Positions 46,650 to 58,754 of a DNA stretch of 64,000 nt are shown here, one piece after another. Position numbers and translations under genes: made by a program. Under the pieces are notes generated by a model. The model saw only the letters and a list, made by a program, of their open reading frames with translations. It did no database searches and had not been told where the DNA came from. Source of the stretch: Selaginella moellendorffii (taxonomy: Eukaryota > Plantae > Lycopodiophyta); NCBI RefSeq assembly GCF_000143415.4, contig NW_003314278.1, positions 760,371 through 824,370 of the forward strand. The letters run 5' to 3'. The first letter of the stretch is position 1; every line of letters starts with the position of its first letter.

Positions 46650-46969
46650 CGCTAATCTCTCGCGCTCCCTGTGGCTCGCGGTGGTCGTGGAACAAAGTGA
46701 GGCTGTCCAGATGGCAAGGGCAGCTATTTATCTCTATCGTGCTCGCGGTCACGTTGCTCAAACTTTGCATGCGTTACTTCTTGGTCTTGAAACGACGACC
46801 GTAGCTGTGGTTTGACACGGTCCGACCAGGATATTCCAGCGGGGGACTCGGGAAGCTTCACGCAAGACGAGCAATCCAAAAACGATTTCCGCGTTTGCAT
46901 ATGTACACTACAAGGACACAAACATCTATTTTGCTCGATTCGTCGTCGCAATCCCCAAGTTCTCGGAGC

Positions 46970-48152
46970 TCACTCCTCCGAGTGGTGGACAAGGTGATCT
47001 AGCACGGCCTTCCTGTCCGGCAATGCTGCGATCCCGCCAGGCCGGTTGCACAGGAGCGCCGCGCAGGCTGGAAGCGAAGGACGGACACTCTTGAGCAGAG
47101 AGAAAAGCAGAAGAGCAAGCAAGCGAACCTGCGAACTTGAGGGCGGAGGGATGTGGCTGGGCATCGATGAAGGCCGCAACCGCGTAGGCTGCGGTGGCGA
47201 TGTCATCGCCAAGTGACGACGTTGGAGCCGAAACGACAGCCGTTTCTTCGTCTTGCGTCACCAGCAGGAGCAGTCCTTGGCTCCGCAGCTGGAGCAGCAC
47301 TTGCTTCACGCCCTGTCGGAAGAAAGACACCACTCGATGAGCCACCACTCTAGAGAGACTTGGAGTTACCATGTCGGCAATGCATCTCCTGGCCGCAGCC
47401 ACGGCGTCGTCTTCGGTGTCGCCCTTCAAGCCCACGGCCCGAGCCAGCTCCTCGTCGCTCGTGCTCAGCACAGTGACACACTCGAGCAGCTCCGCGGGGA
47501 GCAGCGATTCGCTCCCGCCGGTGCTCAGCACCACTGGAACGCCGGCAGTCTTTGCAATCTGGCATCGCCAGCTTTAGCTTCGGGAACCTGGCAGTCAATG
47601 ACATGGCTTTCTTAGTACCTTTGCGGCCTCGATGTTGACGGCGTCGGGAATCTCTCGCTGGAGCAGCAGCACCGCCGCGGCGCGGATGTTTTGCTGCGCC
47701 GCCGGCTGGAGGCGCCCGTATCCGTCGTCGAGACGGGGCCACGACACGTTGGCTCCCTCCACCACGATGACCGTCTTGCCAACGCCCTGCATCATCACCA
47801 CCGCCTGCCCCGTCGCAACGCTCACCGTGCTCAGGTGGTCCACCCGCACTCCCGCGCTCGCCAGCGCCTCGCGCACCAATGCGGCATGTCCATCGTTCCC
47901 GACCTGGCGTGAGGAGAGGAATCTATGGATCCTTCATTCAAAAAACACACACACCTGGGCGATCAAGTTGGTCGGGCAGGAGAGGCGCGCGGCGCACGCC
48001 GCCTGGTTCACTCCCCTCCCGCCGGCGCTGCAACTGCTGCTCCTGGCGGCCAGCGTCTCGCCAGCTAGAGGCAGTCGCTCCAGTTGCACCACCACGTTGG
48101 CGTAGACGGAGCCCAGCACCAGCACCAGCTTGTGGCTCTTGGTCACGGACAT
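46970..48152 (-). CDS. Ribokinase-like pfkB protein with degenerate catalytic motifs
   Basis: RLPLAGETL, GGRGVNQA, VGNDG, TGQAVV, LLQREIP; lacks DTTGAGD. Confidence 0.75.
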
Positions 48153-48328
48153 GATCGCTGCTTGCTTGACCTAGGGAGAGCTCTCTCTACACTCTACAAA
48201 CGCTCGCTCCTCATTCTTAACTCGAAAGGGGTCTCTTCTCCAACAATATTGCTAGCACTCAGTGCAAACACGTACCCTCGACCGTAACGGGGATATTCCC
48301 GCGGATATCTGTCGGTTCAGTGTGGTTT

Positions 48329-51300
48329 TTATTTGATCCACCAGGCCTGGTAGCAGCGAGCAGCTTCATTGCGTACGGAGCGCTTTGGATCATCAAGAGC
48401 TCGATGGAGTGTCTTCAACACCTGGAAAGCCCAGCTCCACAACGTAATGAGCACTGACGAAAAGAGATACTTCCTACCTTCCGGCTCGAGGGATAGATTG
48501 ACGCGAATGGCAGGCTGACAATGGCGCCGAGGCACTGGAGAGCGGTCTCACGAACAGCCTGGAGAAAAGAAAGCACAACAATGATTACTTCTTTTGGAGG
48601 CAAACTCTCAGACTCACAGTGGAGTGTTGATACTGTACAAGTTCCACGAGGCAGGTTATGACAAGTCCAATGCGATCTATCACAGCACCTGCAACGAAAA
48701 GTAAATCAATCCCGGAGACTCCAAGAGTGCGTACTGTCCCACCTTTGCTCTTCTCGTCCATGAGAAAAGCAGACAATATAAGAAGGTTCCCCAGGAGCGT
48801 GTCAGAATCCTCGGCATTTGAGAGCGCTTCCAAAAGAAGTGGAAACACCTGGACATGTGTCTCAGTGGAGCATGAAGAGAAAAAAAATAACGGAAATCAC
48901 CTTGTTGCCTTCCATAAGCACAGCAGTTGTCGGGACGTTCACAATAAGATGGCTGAAACCGCGAATCAACCAGACCCTGGACAAGGCGAGATGGTCAGTT
49001 CGTAGCGACAAGACCAGCTAAACTCGCAAGTACCGTGAAACGTTATCTGGAGCATCTCTCAGCGCGTGGAGAAGTGGCGGCAGGAAGCTGTGAAAGAACC
49101 TCTGGGTGTACAGAGGCTGAACGGTTGCAAAATGACGTTTGTTTAGCGCCTTGGCATCACCCACTATGACGCCCAGGGCTTTCGCAGCAGCTCTCCTGAT
49201 CATGCTGTCTTCCCCGTCTCCGTCCGCATATAATGCTCCTTTCCCTTGTCTCAGGATCTCAATGAGAATCCCTGCTACCAAAGCCACCTTGTTGTCACCT
49301 CTCATTGCCAGCGCTTTTGCGATCCAAGCCAAGATGCTCACCAACCTAGGCGTGTCTGTGCCAAACGCACGCAGCTCGTCCAAAACATTCTGGACAACAC
49401 CATCTAGCGGATATGACGTTGTAGGCCACTTATTCAATATCGATGCCAGTGCCTGCGCGATGTATTCGCTTACCGCCGAGCTTTGAACTTCCAAGGACGT
49501 CTTCAGCAGGAGCTGAATAATCTTCTCGTCTTGCAACAGCTGAATGTTTGGCCTCATTGCTACAGCCGTTGACGACCAAATGGCAATAAGCCATGCCTGT
49601 TTACCGTCCATGGTGTCGTGGTCTTTCGAACATCGGCTACACAGGATGTCGTATGACTTAAGGACGACAGCTTCCTGACCGCTGAGATCACACATCGAGA
49701 CTGCAGTGCGAACTAGGTCCATCCACGGGATTAATATCTAGATATAAAATCGGTTAGAAAGAATTTTTCTAGTTGAACGAAAGCATGATACCTCTTCAGG
49801 AATGTCGATATCAAGAGGGAGTGACTGGAAAGAAGACCATAGTTGCATAGAAAATTGTAGGGCAGGTGCATGTCCACGTTCGATATCATTTTCATATCTG
49901 GAAATCGCAAGTTAGGAAGGAGTGGAACGAAGACAGAAGACAACGCTTCATCTTACAGCGCTAGAAACTCTCCAGAAAATAGAGGTATCAGGAGATGGTG
50001 CTTGGCTGCGACCTGACAACAAGCATCAGCCCAACATGCAACGTTTCTACGTATATCCTTACAGATTCATTATTCAACGGCAATAGATGTCTCTGGAGCT
50101 CGCTGAAGAACAAATCACGAGCGGAACAGCTCGACCTGGATATCCTGGTAATGGCGGCCATCAAGGATTTGGCGTCACTCTCTTCCAGAAAAGCAGCCTG
50201 AACAAGACCTTGAACAATTCTTACTGATGCAGAACCCGTCGAAGCTGACAGTTGATCTTCAGTTGCGCATATGGAAGCAACGGCCTGGACCGCCTGATCC
50301 CAGGAATTGGCATGCTTCCCCTTGTCAAGGACAAGCTCTAGCAAATGTGAAACAAACTCGTAAACTTGAGCCTCGGACAAAGAGGAAAGGTAACCCGGAA
50401 AAGTAGCTACGCATTGCAAGCCAGAAACTGGCGACAAGAGAACAACCAATGAGAACTTAAAACGAAATCATGGTAGAGGACATACCACAAATTGCCGTTA
50501 TAGCTTCATTCATAGATGCTGATTTCAAGTTGTCCGAAAATATAAGCAGAAGTTTTGTCAGTGAGGAAAACACTCGGTCCAGCCACTGGATGTCACATAG
50601 CAAAGAAACCTGCTCCACTGCAACTTCTCGTATAGCTGTCAATACTGAGACGACAACACCTAGAACGTGAGCATCGGAACAAGTCTTGTTTGATAGAAAA
50701 GCTGGTAAAATCGTCGCAGAAATGATGTTGCTAGACAGAGGTGATGCCCGCGCAGCAGCAGAAAGAACCTGTCCCACAGTCTGCATGTGATGCTTCTCTT
50801 GTGCATCTGCAATGGTAGCCTTGCGCGTGAGATACTGTAAAAGATGGCTGCAAATCTCGTCGTCCAGTATCAAACGAAGAAATTGGCCACCATCGTGATC
50901 AGAATGGCGAAGAGACGCCTTGACACACTGCGTCAAACATATGGTAGCCGCTCTGAAAACTTCTGGATCTTGTAGCTTTCCCGACTCGGAGTAGAAAGAG
51001 GTCAAGTGAGGAAACAACTCGGCTTTCAGTGCGACCCATATAGGACGAGCATACTCATCCATAACACGCTCACCGTAGGCAACTGCACAATCTCCAAGGA
51101 ACTCCAAGGATTGCAACTGCAGAACAAGGAGGGTCGGTTGTGATGCAGATCAAACATCGTAAACGTACTTTAGAATCCTGTACTGACGATGAAAGCTTTT
51201 CAAGAAGTAAAGGGATACACTCCGAAGCAAAAAATGAAGAAGCGGCAAAAGCACTCTGTAAACCACAGCACTTGTTGACGATGAGATAGATGTATGTGCT

Positions 51301-52458
51301 ACCTTAAGACTTGCAATAAGATCTTCTCGTGAAATATCTTTGCTGTCGTTTGGCCGCTGCAGGAAGGCCGCTTGAGAACGTTACTTAAAGGAAGTAAATT
51401 ACATACCAGCTTGAACGATATAGGAAAATAGCAGGCGATGATATCAAAAAGATCAGGTGCAGCTTGAGCGAGAGGGCCTTTCGGATCTGGAAACAAACTT
51501 CCCAAGCGCTCGATCAAACGAAACGCCAGCAACAAACATCGAGGATCCTTTTCTCCTTCTATCAATTGAGCAGCTCCAGTCACGAGGTCAGTCCCCTAGT
51601 ATGAAAACAGCATGTTTTAGTACAAGAAAAACACACTGACATGAGCGGATAGTTGCTACATACTTACATATCAGCATTTACTTACTAGAGTTCCCACTTC
51701 AGAAGGATGCCGCTCAACGAGGGTGACCAAAAGCTCGAAACATAGCTGGCATCAAACAAAAATGTAAGTAGCTCCACAGCAATAAAAAAACAAGGATGTG
51801 CACACCAGTCTATCCTGTTGAGCCAGAGACTGCATATCAAGCCATTTCACTGTTTTAATCACTTGGACAGCATCTTGTGCCGCGACTTCACCCACATCCT
51901 TCGCTCTTTTGTAAAGGCTATTGCATCCCAGAAGCGCACCGTGCAAGCAAGCACTATCTTCCTGCATTTTTAAACAAATGAATACCAGACGAAAGATTAG
52001 CTTGAGTTACTTACGATCCGTGCAGTGAAGAACAAAGCCAGAGAGTGGACAACATGCTCTTCCAGTCGTGTTGAATGGAGCCGCGCCACCATTTCTCCCA
52101 GGAAAGTCATGCCTGCAGCAAAACAGAGAAAAAACATTGTTTCGTGTGTGTGGCATGGTGGATAGATACACGATACCTTTGGATCGGACCAGAAAATCCG
52201 TTGAAGTGAGGCACGAGCCCAAATGCAGCACCTGCAAGGTAAAGAACAAGCTCAGAAGAGCAAAGAAGAAGCACCTCCTCCTCTTACGATGTCATTGATC
52301 GAGATATTTCTCTGTTGCAGGAGCAAGAGAAGCGCATCCTGAGCGGCAGCCTGCAAGGGAAGCAAGAAATCAATGTCTTGTCCTGTGTCACGTACCCGAT
52401 CATGGCCGGAGCTTTGTGAATCCAAGGCCGCATCCACGTGAGTCCGCCACTGCGCCAT
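48329..52458 (-). CDS. MMS19: MMS19/MET18 cytosolic Fe-S targeting HEAT protein (multi-exon)
   Basis: EGEKDPRCLL, CYFPISF, VRETALQCL, ALDDPKRSVRNEA. Confidence 0.9.
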
Positions 52459-52477
52459 GACCAAGAACCCTAAACCC

Positions 52478-54391
52478 CTATGCTGTGGCTGAAAGCAACA
52501 CATAGGGCGCGCCACTCGTCGGCTCCAGCTCAAGGGCGCATTGCACTGCCTCGCCTCCACTCTCCTCCCTGCGTTTGCCACCGCCGACGGCAGCAAGCAA
52601 GCAAATCCAGTCCTGGGAATCGGGAGCGAAGGGCATGGTGTGGATGAGCTCGCGCGCCTCGTCCAGACGCTTGGCCCGGCTCAACAGGTGCACCATGCAG
52701 CTGTAGTGTTGCTTGTTGGTTCTTACCGACTGGTCGAAGCTTGCCGACTGGAAATGCCTCCTCCCGGCTTCCACGTCGCCGCTGTGAATGCTCGCGATCA
52801 GTATGCACACGATGCTGGCCTCGTCCGCCTCCAATCCCGCCACCATCATCTCGTAAGACATCTCCACCGCACGGCGCCAGTGGCCGTTGCTTGCAAGCAT
52901 GGAGAGGATCGAGTTCCACGCCACCAGGCTCCTAGCGGGCATCTGCTCAAACATTCTGGCGGCGCAGCCGCAGTGCCCGTTGTGGGCGTAGGCAGCAAGC
53001 ATGGCAGTCCAGGACACGGGGTTTCGCTCGCTCATCTCGTGGAACAAGTCTCGTGCCTCGTCCACGGCCCTGAGATTGCCAAGGATCGTTAGCATGCTGT
53101 TCCACAGGATGACATCCCGCGACTGGGTGGCGCCCAGGATGGATCTGGCTTGCTCCAACAGCCCGGCATTGGCGTAGGCAGTGAGCAGAACCGTGCACGC
53201 CGCCGCGTCCTGCTCCGGCATTCCGTCAAACAGAGCCTTGGCCGACTCCAAGTCTCCCGATCGCGCAGACAGTTCGAGCATTGCCGTCCACGAGATGAGA
53301 TTCCTCTCGGGCATGGCATGGAAGAGATCTGTCGCCTCCCGCACGCGCCCCGCCTGGGCATGTACCGCCAGCATCGCATTGCAAGACACGACGCTGAGCT
53401 GCGGCATCTCCGCAAACAGGCGGGCGGCGCTGTCCACGTCGCCGTGCTCGGCGAACCCGTTCATGAGCGCCGTCCAGGAGATGAGATTCCTCTCTGGCAT
53501 CGAATCAAAGAACTGCTTTGCCCGTGGGATCTGGAGCTTCCTGATGAATGCCGCCAGCATCGCGTTGGACGACACCAAATTCCTGGCTTCCATCTCTTCT
53601 GTATAGAAGCTCTCCGCGTCGGCTAAGCTCCCCCCGCCGTGTGCGTACGCCGACAGCATGGCGTTCCACGACACAATATCTCTCTCCGGCATCGCGTCGA
53701 ACACACCCCTGGTTTCTTTGTGATGCCCCGACTGGGCATAAGCCGAGAGCAACACAGTCCACGAGAGGAGGTCCCAGCTCGGCATTTCTGTAAAAAACAT
53801 CCTCTTCGCTTCGCCCAGATTCCCTGCTTCTGAAAATGCCGTAAGGATCGAGTTCCAGGAGACCTGGTTCTTATCGGGCATGGAGGCAAACACTTTCCTT
53901 GCTCTTTCGAGATGCCCAGTTTGGGCATACGCCGAGAGCAGGGAGTTCCAGGAGACGAGGGTGAGATGAGGCATGGCAGAAAAGAGGGATTGGCACTCGT
54001 TGACACGTCCCTCCCTTGCATGAGCCGCGAGAATGGTGTTCATGGCAACGAGGTCCCGGCGTGGCATGACTGCAAAGAGGCCGAGTGCTTCATGCAACTG
54101 GCCGTTGTGAATGTAGGCAGCCAGCATCAGGTTCCAGGAGAATCCATCTTTGGCCACCATGGAGTCGAAGATCTGGCGAGCGCGATCCACGCACCCGACG
54201 GCTCCCAGCATTTGGATGAGGAGATTGGAGAAGTAGAGGCGGCGGAAGGGCGGAAGTGGGCTGGATTCGGAGCCGGTGAGCCATCCGAGCTCGTCGCCTA
54301 TCTGCTGGGCTTGCGCGGCGCTCTTGCAGGATCTGATGAGCTTCTCCACGTCCATGCTTCTAGATGTGGAGCAAACGTGTACGCTTGACAT
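52478..54391 (-). CDS. PLS-E class pentatricopeptide repeat protein
   Basis: Intronless ORF with about 15 short PPR repeats, HYSCMV, MPFAPD...W, LELEP...PYVLLS; the start may be 54355. Confidence 0.9.
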   Translation of the reverse strand: MSSVHVCSTSRSMDVEKLIRSCKSAAQAQQIGDELGWLTGSESSPLPPFRRLYFSNLLIQMLGAVGCVDRARQIFDSMVAKDGFSWNLMLAAYIHNGQLHEALGLFAVMPRRDLVAMNTILAAHAREGRVNECQSLFSAMPHLTLVSWNSLLSAYAQTGHLERARKVFASMPDKNQVSWNSILTAFSEAGNLGEAKRMFFTEMPSWDLLSWTVLLSAYAQSGHHKETRGVFDAMPERDIVSWNAMLSAYAHGGGSLADAESFYTEEMEARNLVSSNAMLAAFIRKLQIPRAKQFFDSMPERNLISWTALMNGFAEHGDVDSAARLFAEMPQLSVVSCNAMLAVHAQAGRVREATDLFHAMPERNLISWTAMLELSARSGDLESAKALFDGMPEQDAAACTVLLTAYANAGLLEQARSILGATQSRDVILWNSMLTILGNLRAVDEARDLFHEMSERNPVSWTAMLAAYAHNGHCGCAARMFEQMPARSLVAWNSILSMLASNGHWRRAVEMSYEMMVAGLEADEASIVCILIASIHSGDVEAGRRHFQSASFDQSVRTNKQHYSCMVHLLSRAKRLDEARELIHTMPFAPDSQDWICLLAAVGGGKRREESGGEAVQCALELEPTSGAPYVLLSATA

Positions 54392-54429
54392 TTTTTTAAG
54401 TTGAATCAGTCTCCGTTCAAGTTCCGGCT

Positions 54430-55658
54430 ATGGCGGCATCTGCTAGTCAGCTGGCCCTGTTCGCGTTGCATGCCAGGGATCAAGGTTTTGGCGTCCGGAG
54501 GGAGAGCCCAATTCCGAGGATTCTAGACAAGAGCCGGGTATCAGCATCAGTAGTGAGTGTGAGACACGACCTAGTCTTTTCGACAAGGAGGAGCTCCGGA
54601 TCCTGCGCAGGTTTTGGGCTGCTGCAAAACATGGGATCCGTGGCACCACTTCCGCAGCAGCATCAACTGGGCTACGATCTGCTCATGTCCGCCGTCACAC
54701 TGTCCGGAGCTCTGGGATCGCTCAGGTTCTTTGACGAGCTCGCCAAGAGGGACGTGTTCGACAAGGTAACCAATCTCATCGACATTGACACATTGGCAGC
54801 ATCATAATGTTGTGCGTTTTAGTAGAAACTAAGCAGGAAGCTGGTGCACATATGCGTGGGGCTCATCTTCATGCTCTTTTGGCCGCTCTTCAGGTTGAGT
54901 GTTGGCACCTTTTCATTTTCTAAATACCACCACGCAGCGATGCTCCTCGGGCGCGATACCTGGCGGCCATAGCCCCGCTCACCAACGCTTTGAGAATGGT
55001 GGCATTTGGAACTGGGCTGTTGGAGAACAAGGCATTTGTGAAGGCGGTTAGCCGTGATGGCCACCCCAGGTATGGAGCAGGCTAAATTCTTCTTCGAGGG
55101 AGATGAGCTTAGAACTGTGGTTGGACAGGGAACTGCTCAAAGGGCCTCTGTACTACGCCATCACAATCTCCATTGCAACGCTCTTTTTCTGGAGGAATTC
55201 ACCATGTGGTGTGGTTACGATCGCCAACTTGTGTGCTGGAGATGGTAACACAAACTTCCTTTCTTTTCTCTTTGATGTCGACGGAAATCTCAACCAGGCT
55301 TCGCTGATATCTTTGGACGAAAGTACGGTCGCTGGAAACTCCCCTACAATCCCAACAAATCGCTCCAAGGAAGCGTTGCGATGTTTGTCATGAGCGCCGC
55401 ATTCTCCATGCTGTGAGTACCAGCTAATGAGCCTATTGACGGCCATGCTCATCCTGTGCTGTTTGCCCTTTGCTGCGCAGCTATACGTTCCTCTTCTCGC
55501 AATTGGGCTACTTTGACATGGGCGTGAGGACAATCATCGGGATTGTGGCCGTGTCGCTGGCAACCACGGTCGTGGAATCGCTGCCCATAAGCAGCGCTCT
55601 CGACGACAATTTAACGGTGCCCGCCACCGCCATGGCTGTGGGCCTCTTGACCCTGTAA
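54430..55658 (+). CDS. CTP-dependent phytol/farnesol kinase (VTE5/FOLK family)
   Basis: LSRKLVH, RELLKGPLYY, NLCAGDGFADIFGR, LPYNPNKS, VESLP...DDNLTVP. Confidence 0.92.
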
Positions 55659-55886
55659 AATCCACTTGTTTTTTTTCTTCTTGAGCCAAGCAACTGTCGA
55701 GGCGCTGGCGTTTCCAATGGCTGAGATGGGTGGGAGGCAGACGGTCGAGATTTAGAATGGTGTCACATGACATTTCCGTTAACCTGAGGGGACTTTATCC
55801 ATCTTCTTGCGGCATCGCTGGCGCTCAGGGACGACCAAAGAGCAGATTGAGCAAATGGTAGCAATCGCTTATGGAACGCTTCGGTG

Positions 55887-58659
55887 ATGCCGAATCCCAG
55901 GATTGCGAAAATCCCGCTGTTGCTCGTGCCCGTGCTCGTCACGTAGAACCAGCAGGGAGGCAGCAGAGAAGAAGATGCTCTTCTTCGCTCTCAGGGAACT
56001 CCGACAGACGGACTTGACGGAATCGAATGGTTGGTCACACAGGCGCCACACTGTTCTCGCCAAATGGCAGCTTGGCTCCGATTTCCTCATTGCAGTTGCT
56101 TATTTCTCGATCCCTCTTGAGCTGGTCTACTTTCTCATCAAATCCCAGGTTCGTGTGATCTCGAAGCTCGTACACGCCACTCCTTAGGCCGGCTTTTGGT
56201 TTTCCAGGTGCTCCCCTTCCGCTGGGTGATTGCTCTTTTTGGTCTTTTCATTGTCCTGTGCGGTATCACACACTTGCTAACGCTATGGAACTTCTACGTG
56301 AACTCGGAAGCGGCGCATATTGGCATGACGATTGCCAAAGTGGTCACAGCAACTGTCTCGTGCCTAACTGCCGTACTCTTGATCTGGGTCATCCCGGAGT
56401 TACTTGATGTAAAGAAGAGAGAGGAGTTTTATACGCAAAAGGCAAGCACACACCCCACAACTCCCGAAACTGGGCTGACTTGAATTTGCAGACTGCAGAA
56501 CTGGATGTTGAGGTGGGAAATATCAAGAAAGATCAGCAAGTCCTCAAGCATGTCCGAATGCTCACTGATGAGATCCGAAGCTCGCTGGATCGCCACAAGA
56601 TTCTAAGCACGACGATGATAGAGCTGTCGCACACCCTCGAGCTGGAAAGCTGCAACATTTGGATGCCTAGGGCGAGTGCCAACGTTCTGGAGCTTGCGCA
56701 CAAGCTTGGAGCGCAGGACGCTTTTGCTCCGCCTGAAATTCCCCTCTCGACCAGCCTCGTTGACCTGGTATGTTGGGCACCTGCATGAGGAGTGATTTAT
56801 TCCCTGGTCTTGATTCACAGGTCTTTAGCAACAATGGTGCGGTTGTGGTGCCATCCAAGGCACTGGGCCCGCTAGCGGGAGCTGGGCAGACGAGTTTGAA
56901 CCATGGTAGTGTGGTGGCTATCAGAATCCCATTGTTGGCCAGCAGCGGCTGCGTTAGTCATCCCGACAAGGAATGCTACGCTCTCATGGTCCTGTCCTTT
57001 CCAAAAAACCTTCAAAAGGCATGGGGTGACCACGAGCTTGAGCTCGTCGAGGCTGTTGCTGATCAGGTACTCTACAGCCAGGTGGTGTGGTTTCTCACAA
57101 TGACATCTTAATTTGATCTGTTAAGGTTGCAGTTGCCCTGTCCCATGCTGCTGTAGTCGAGGAAACGTTGAAAGTGCAAGATCAGCTCATCGAGCAGAAC
57201 CTGGCCCTGCAGAAGGCCAAAAAGGAAGCCGAGTCTGCAGTTGTGGCCCGCAACGAGTTTCTGGTTGTAATGAACCACGAGATGCGGACTCCCATGCATG
57301 CCATCATCGCGCTCTCCTCCTTGCTCCTCGACTCGGGCCTCACGCCCGACCAGCAGTCCATGGTGGAGACCATATCCAAGAGTGGCAGCCTGCTATCCAC
57401 GTTGATCAACGATGTGCTCGACTTCTCCAGGCTCGAAGCTGGGAGTCTGACGCTAGATATCCAACCATTCAAGGTGGCCAAGCTGTTGGACGATGCAGAG
57501 AGGCTCGTCTCGCCGTTGGCGGTGGCTAAACATCTTCCATTCGCTCTCAAGAGGATGGGATTTCTTCCGGACACTGTCATGGGAGACAGCACTCGAATTC
57601 TGCAGGTTCTTCTCAATGTGGTGAGCAGCGGAAACGTAACTTTCTGATCACCTCTTGAGGGTGATAAGTTTTACCACCTCAAACTTGTGATGTGCAGGTT
57701 GGGAATGCCATTAAATTCACCGCTCAGGGCCACGTCCACTTGACAGTGTTTGCGAGCAAGGCTCCGGACGCCCAGGTATCACACGAGCCAGCATCACCAG
57801 GAAGGTCCATGACGCAAAGGTACATTCATTTTGAGGTTGAGGACACCGGAATCGGCATCAGAGCTACTGATCTCCCCCGTTTGTTCAACAAGTTCGTTCA
57901 GGCGGATAGTAGCACGTCCCGCAAGTATGGTGGATCCGGGCTGGGGCTGGCGATCTCCAAAAAGTTTGTCGAGGTTTGTGTGTCAGCCAGCTTTTGTTCT
58001 CAAAGTGGTTAACTGGCTCACAGTTTTGGGTTATAGCTGATGAATGGCAGCATCTCCATCACCTCTGAAGGCTTGGACAAAGGCAGTACGTGCCGCTTCT
58101 ATGTGCGAGTCTCGGTTGTCTCCGAGATGGAGCAAGTTCATATGATCCTGTCACCAAAGGCCCCGGGAGATAATTTCCATAGCTTGAAGGTATTTGAGTC
58201 CCTTCTAACTCGGACATTCTTCAATGACCGTGCGGGCTTTCAGATCCTGGCTGTGGACGACAATGCCGTCAACAGGACAGTGATTCGCAGGCTGCTTAAC
58301 AATCTTGGATGCAAATCGACTGTGGTGGAATCCGGGGAAACTTGCCTCAAAACTCTTGCGGCAGAAGGAGCTTCGGCGTATAGCATTGTCCTCGTCGACT
58401 TGTGCATGCCAGAGGTGATCCCCTTTCCTTCTTGTCTTTTCACTCTTGAACGAACTTATGTGTCGATCAGATGGACGGATACGAACTAACAGCAGAGATC
58501 CAGAAGCTATATCCAAGAGAAGGGCTTCACATTGTGGCTTTGACTGCAAACACCGACGATAGCACCCGCGAGAAGTGTTTGAGCCTGGGAATGAAGGCCG
58601 TGCTCACCAAGCCAGTATCTCTGAAGGCACTAAGGAACGAGCTCAAGAGGATTTTGTGA
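55887..58659 (+). CDS. Ethylene receptor, hybrid histidine kinase (EBD-GAF-HK-receiver); start codon uncertain
   Basis: SDFLIAVAYFSIPLEL, FIVLCGITH, GAF, MNHEMRTP, GNAIKFT, DTGIG, GGSGLGL, VDDN...DLCMP. Confidence 0.92.
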
Positions 58660-58754
58660 GCTGAAGCAAAGCTTGTCATCGATCCATTTGTATTTACACT
58701 TCGTTATTCGCTTTTATGTACACGCGCTTGCAACGGCAAGCCATTCCCCAAATC

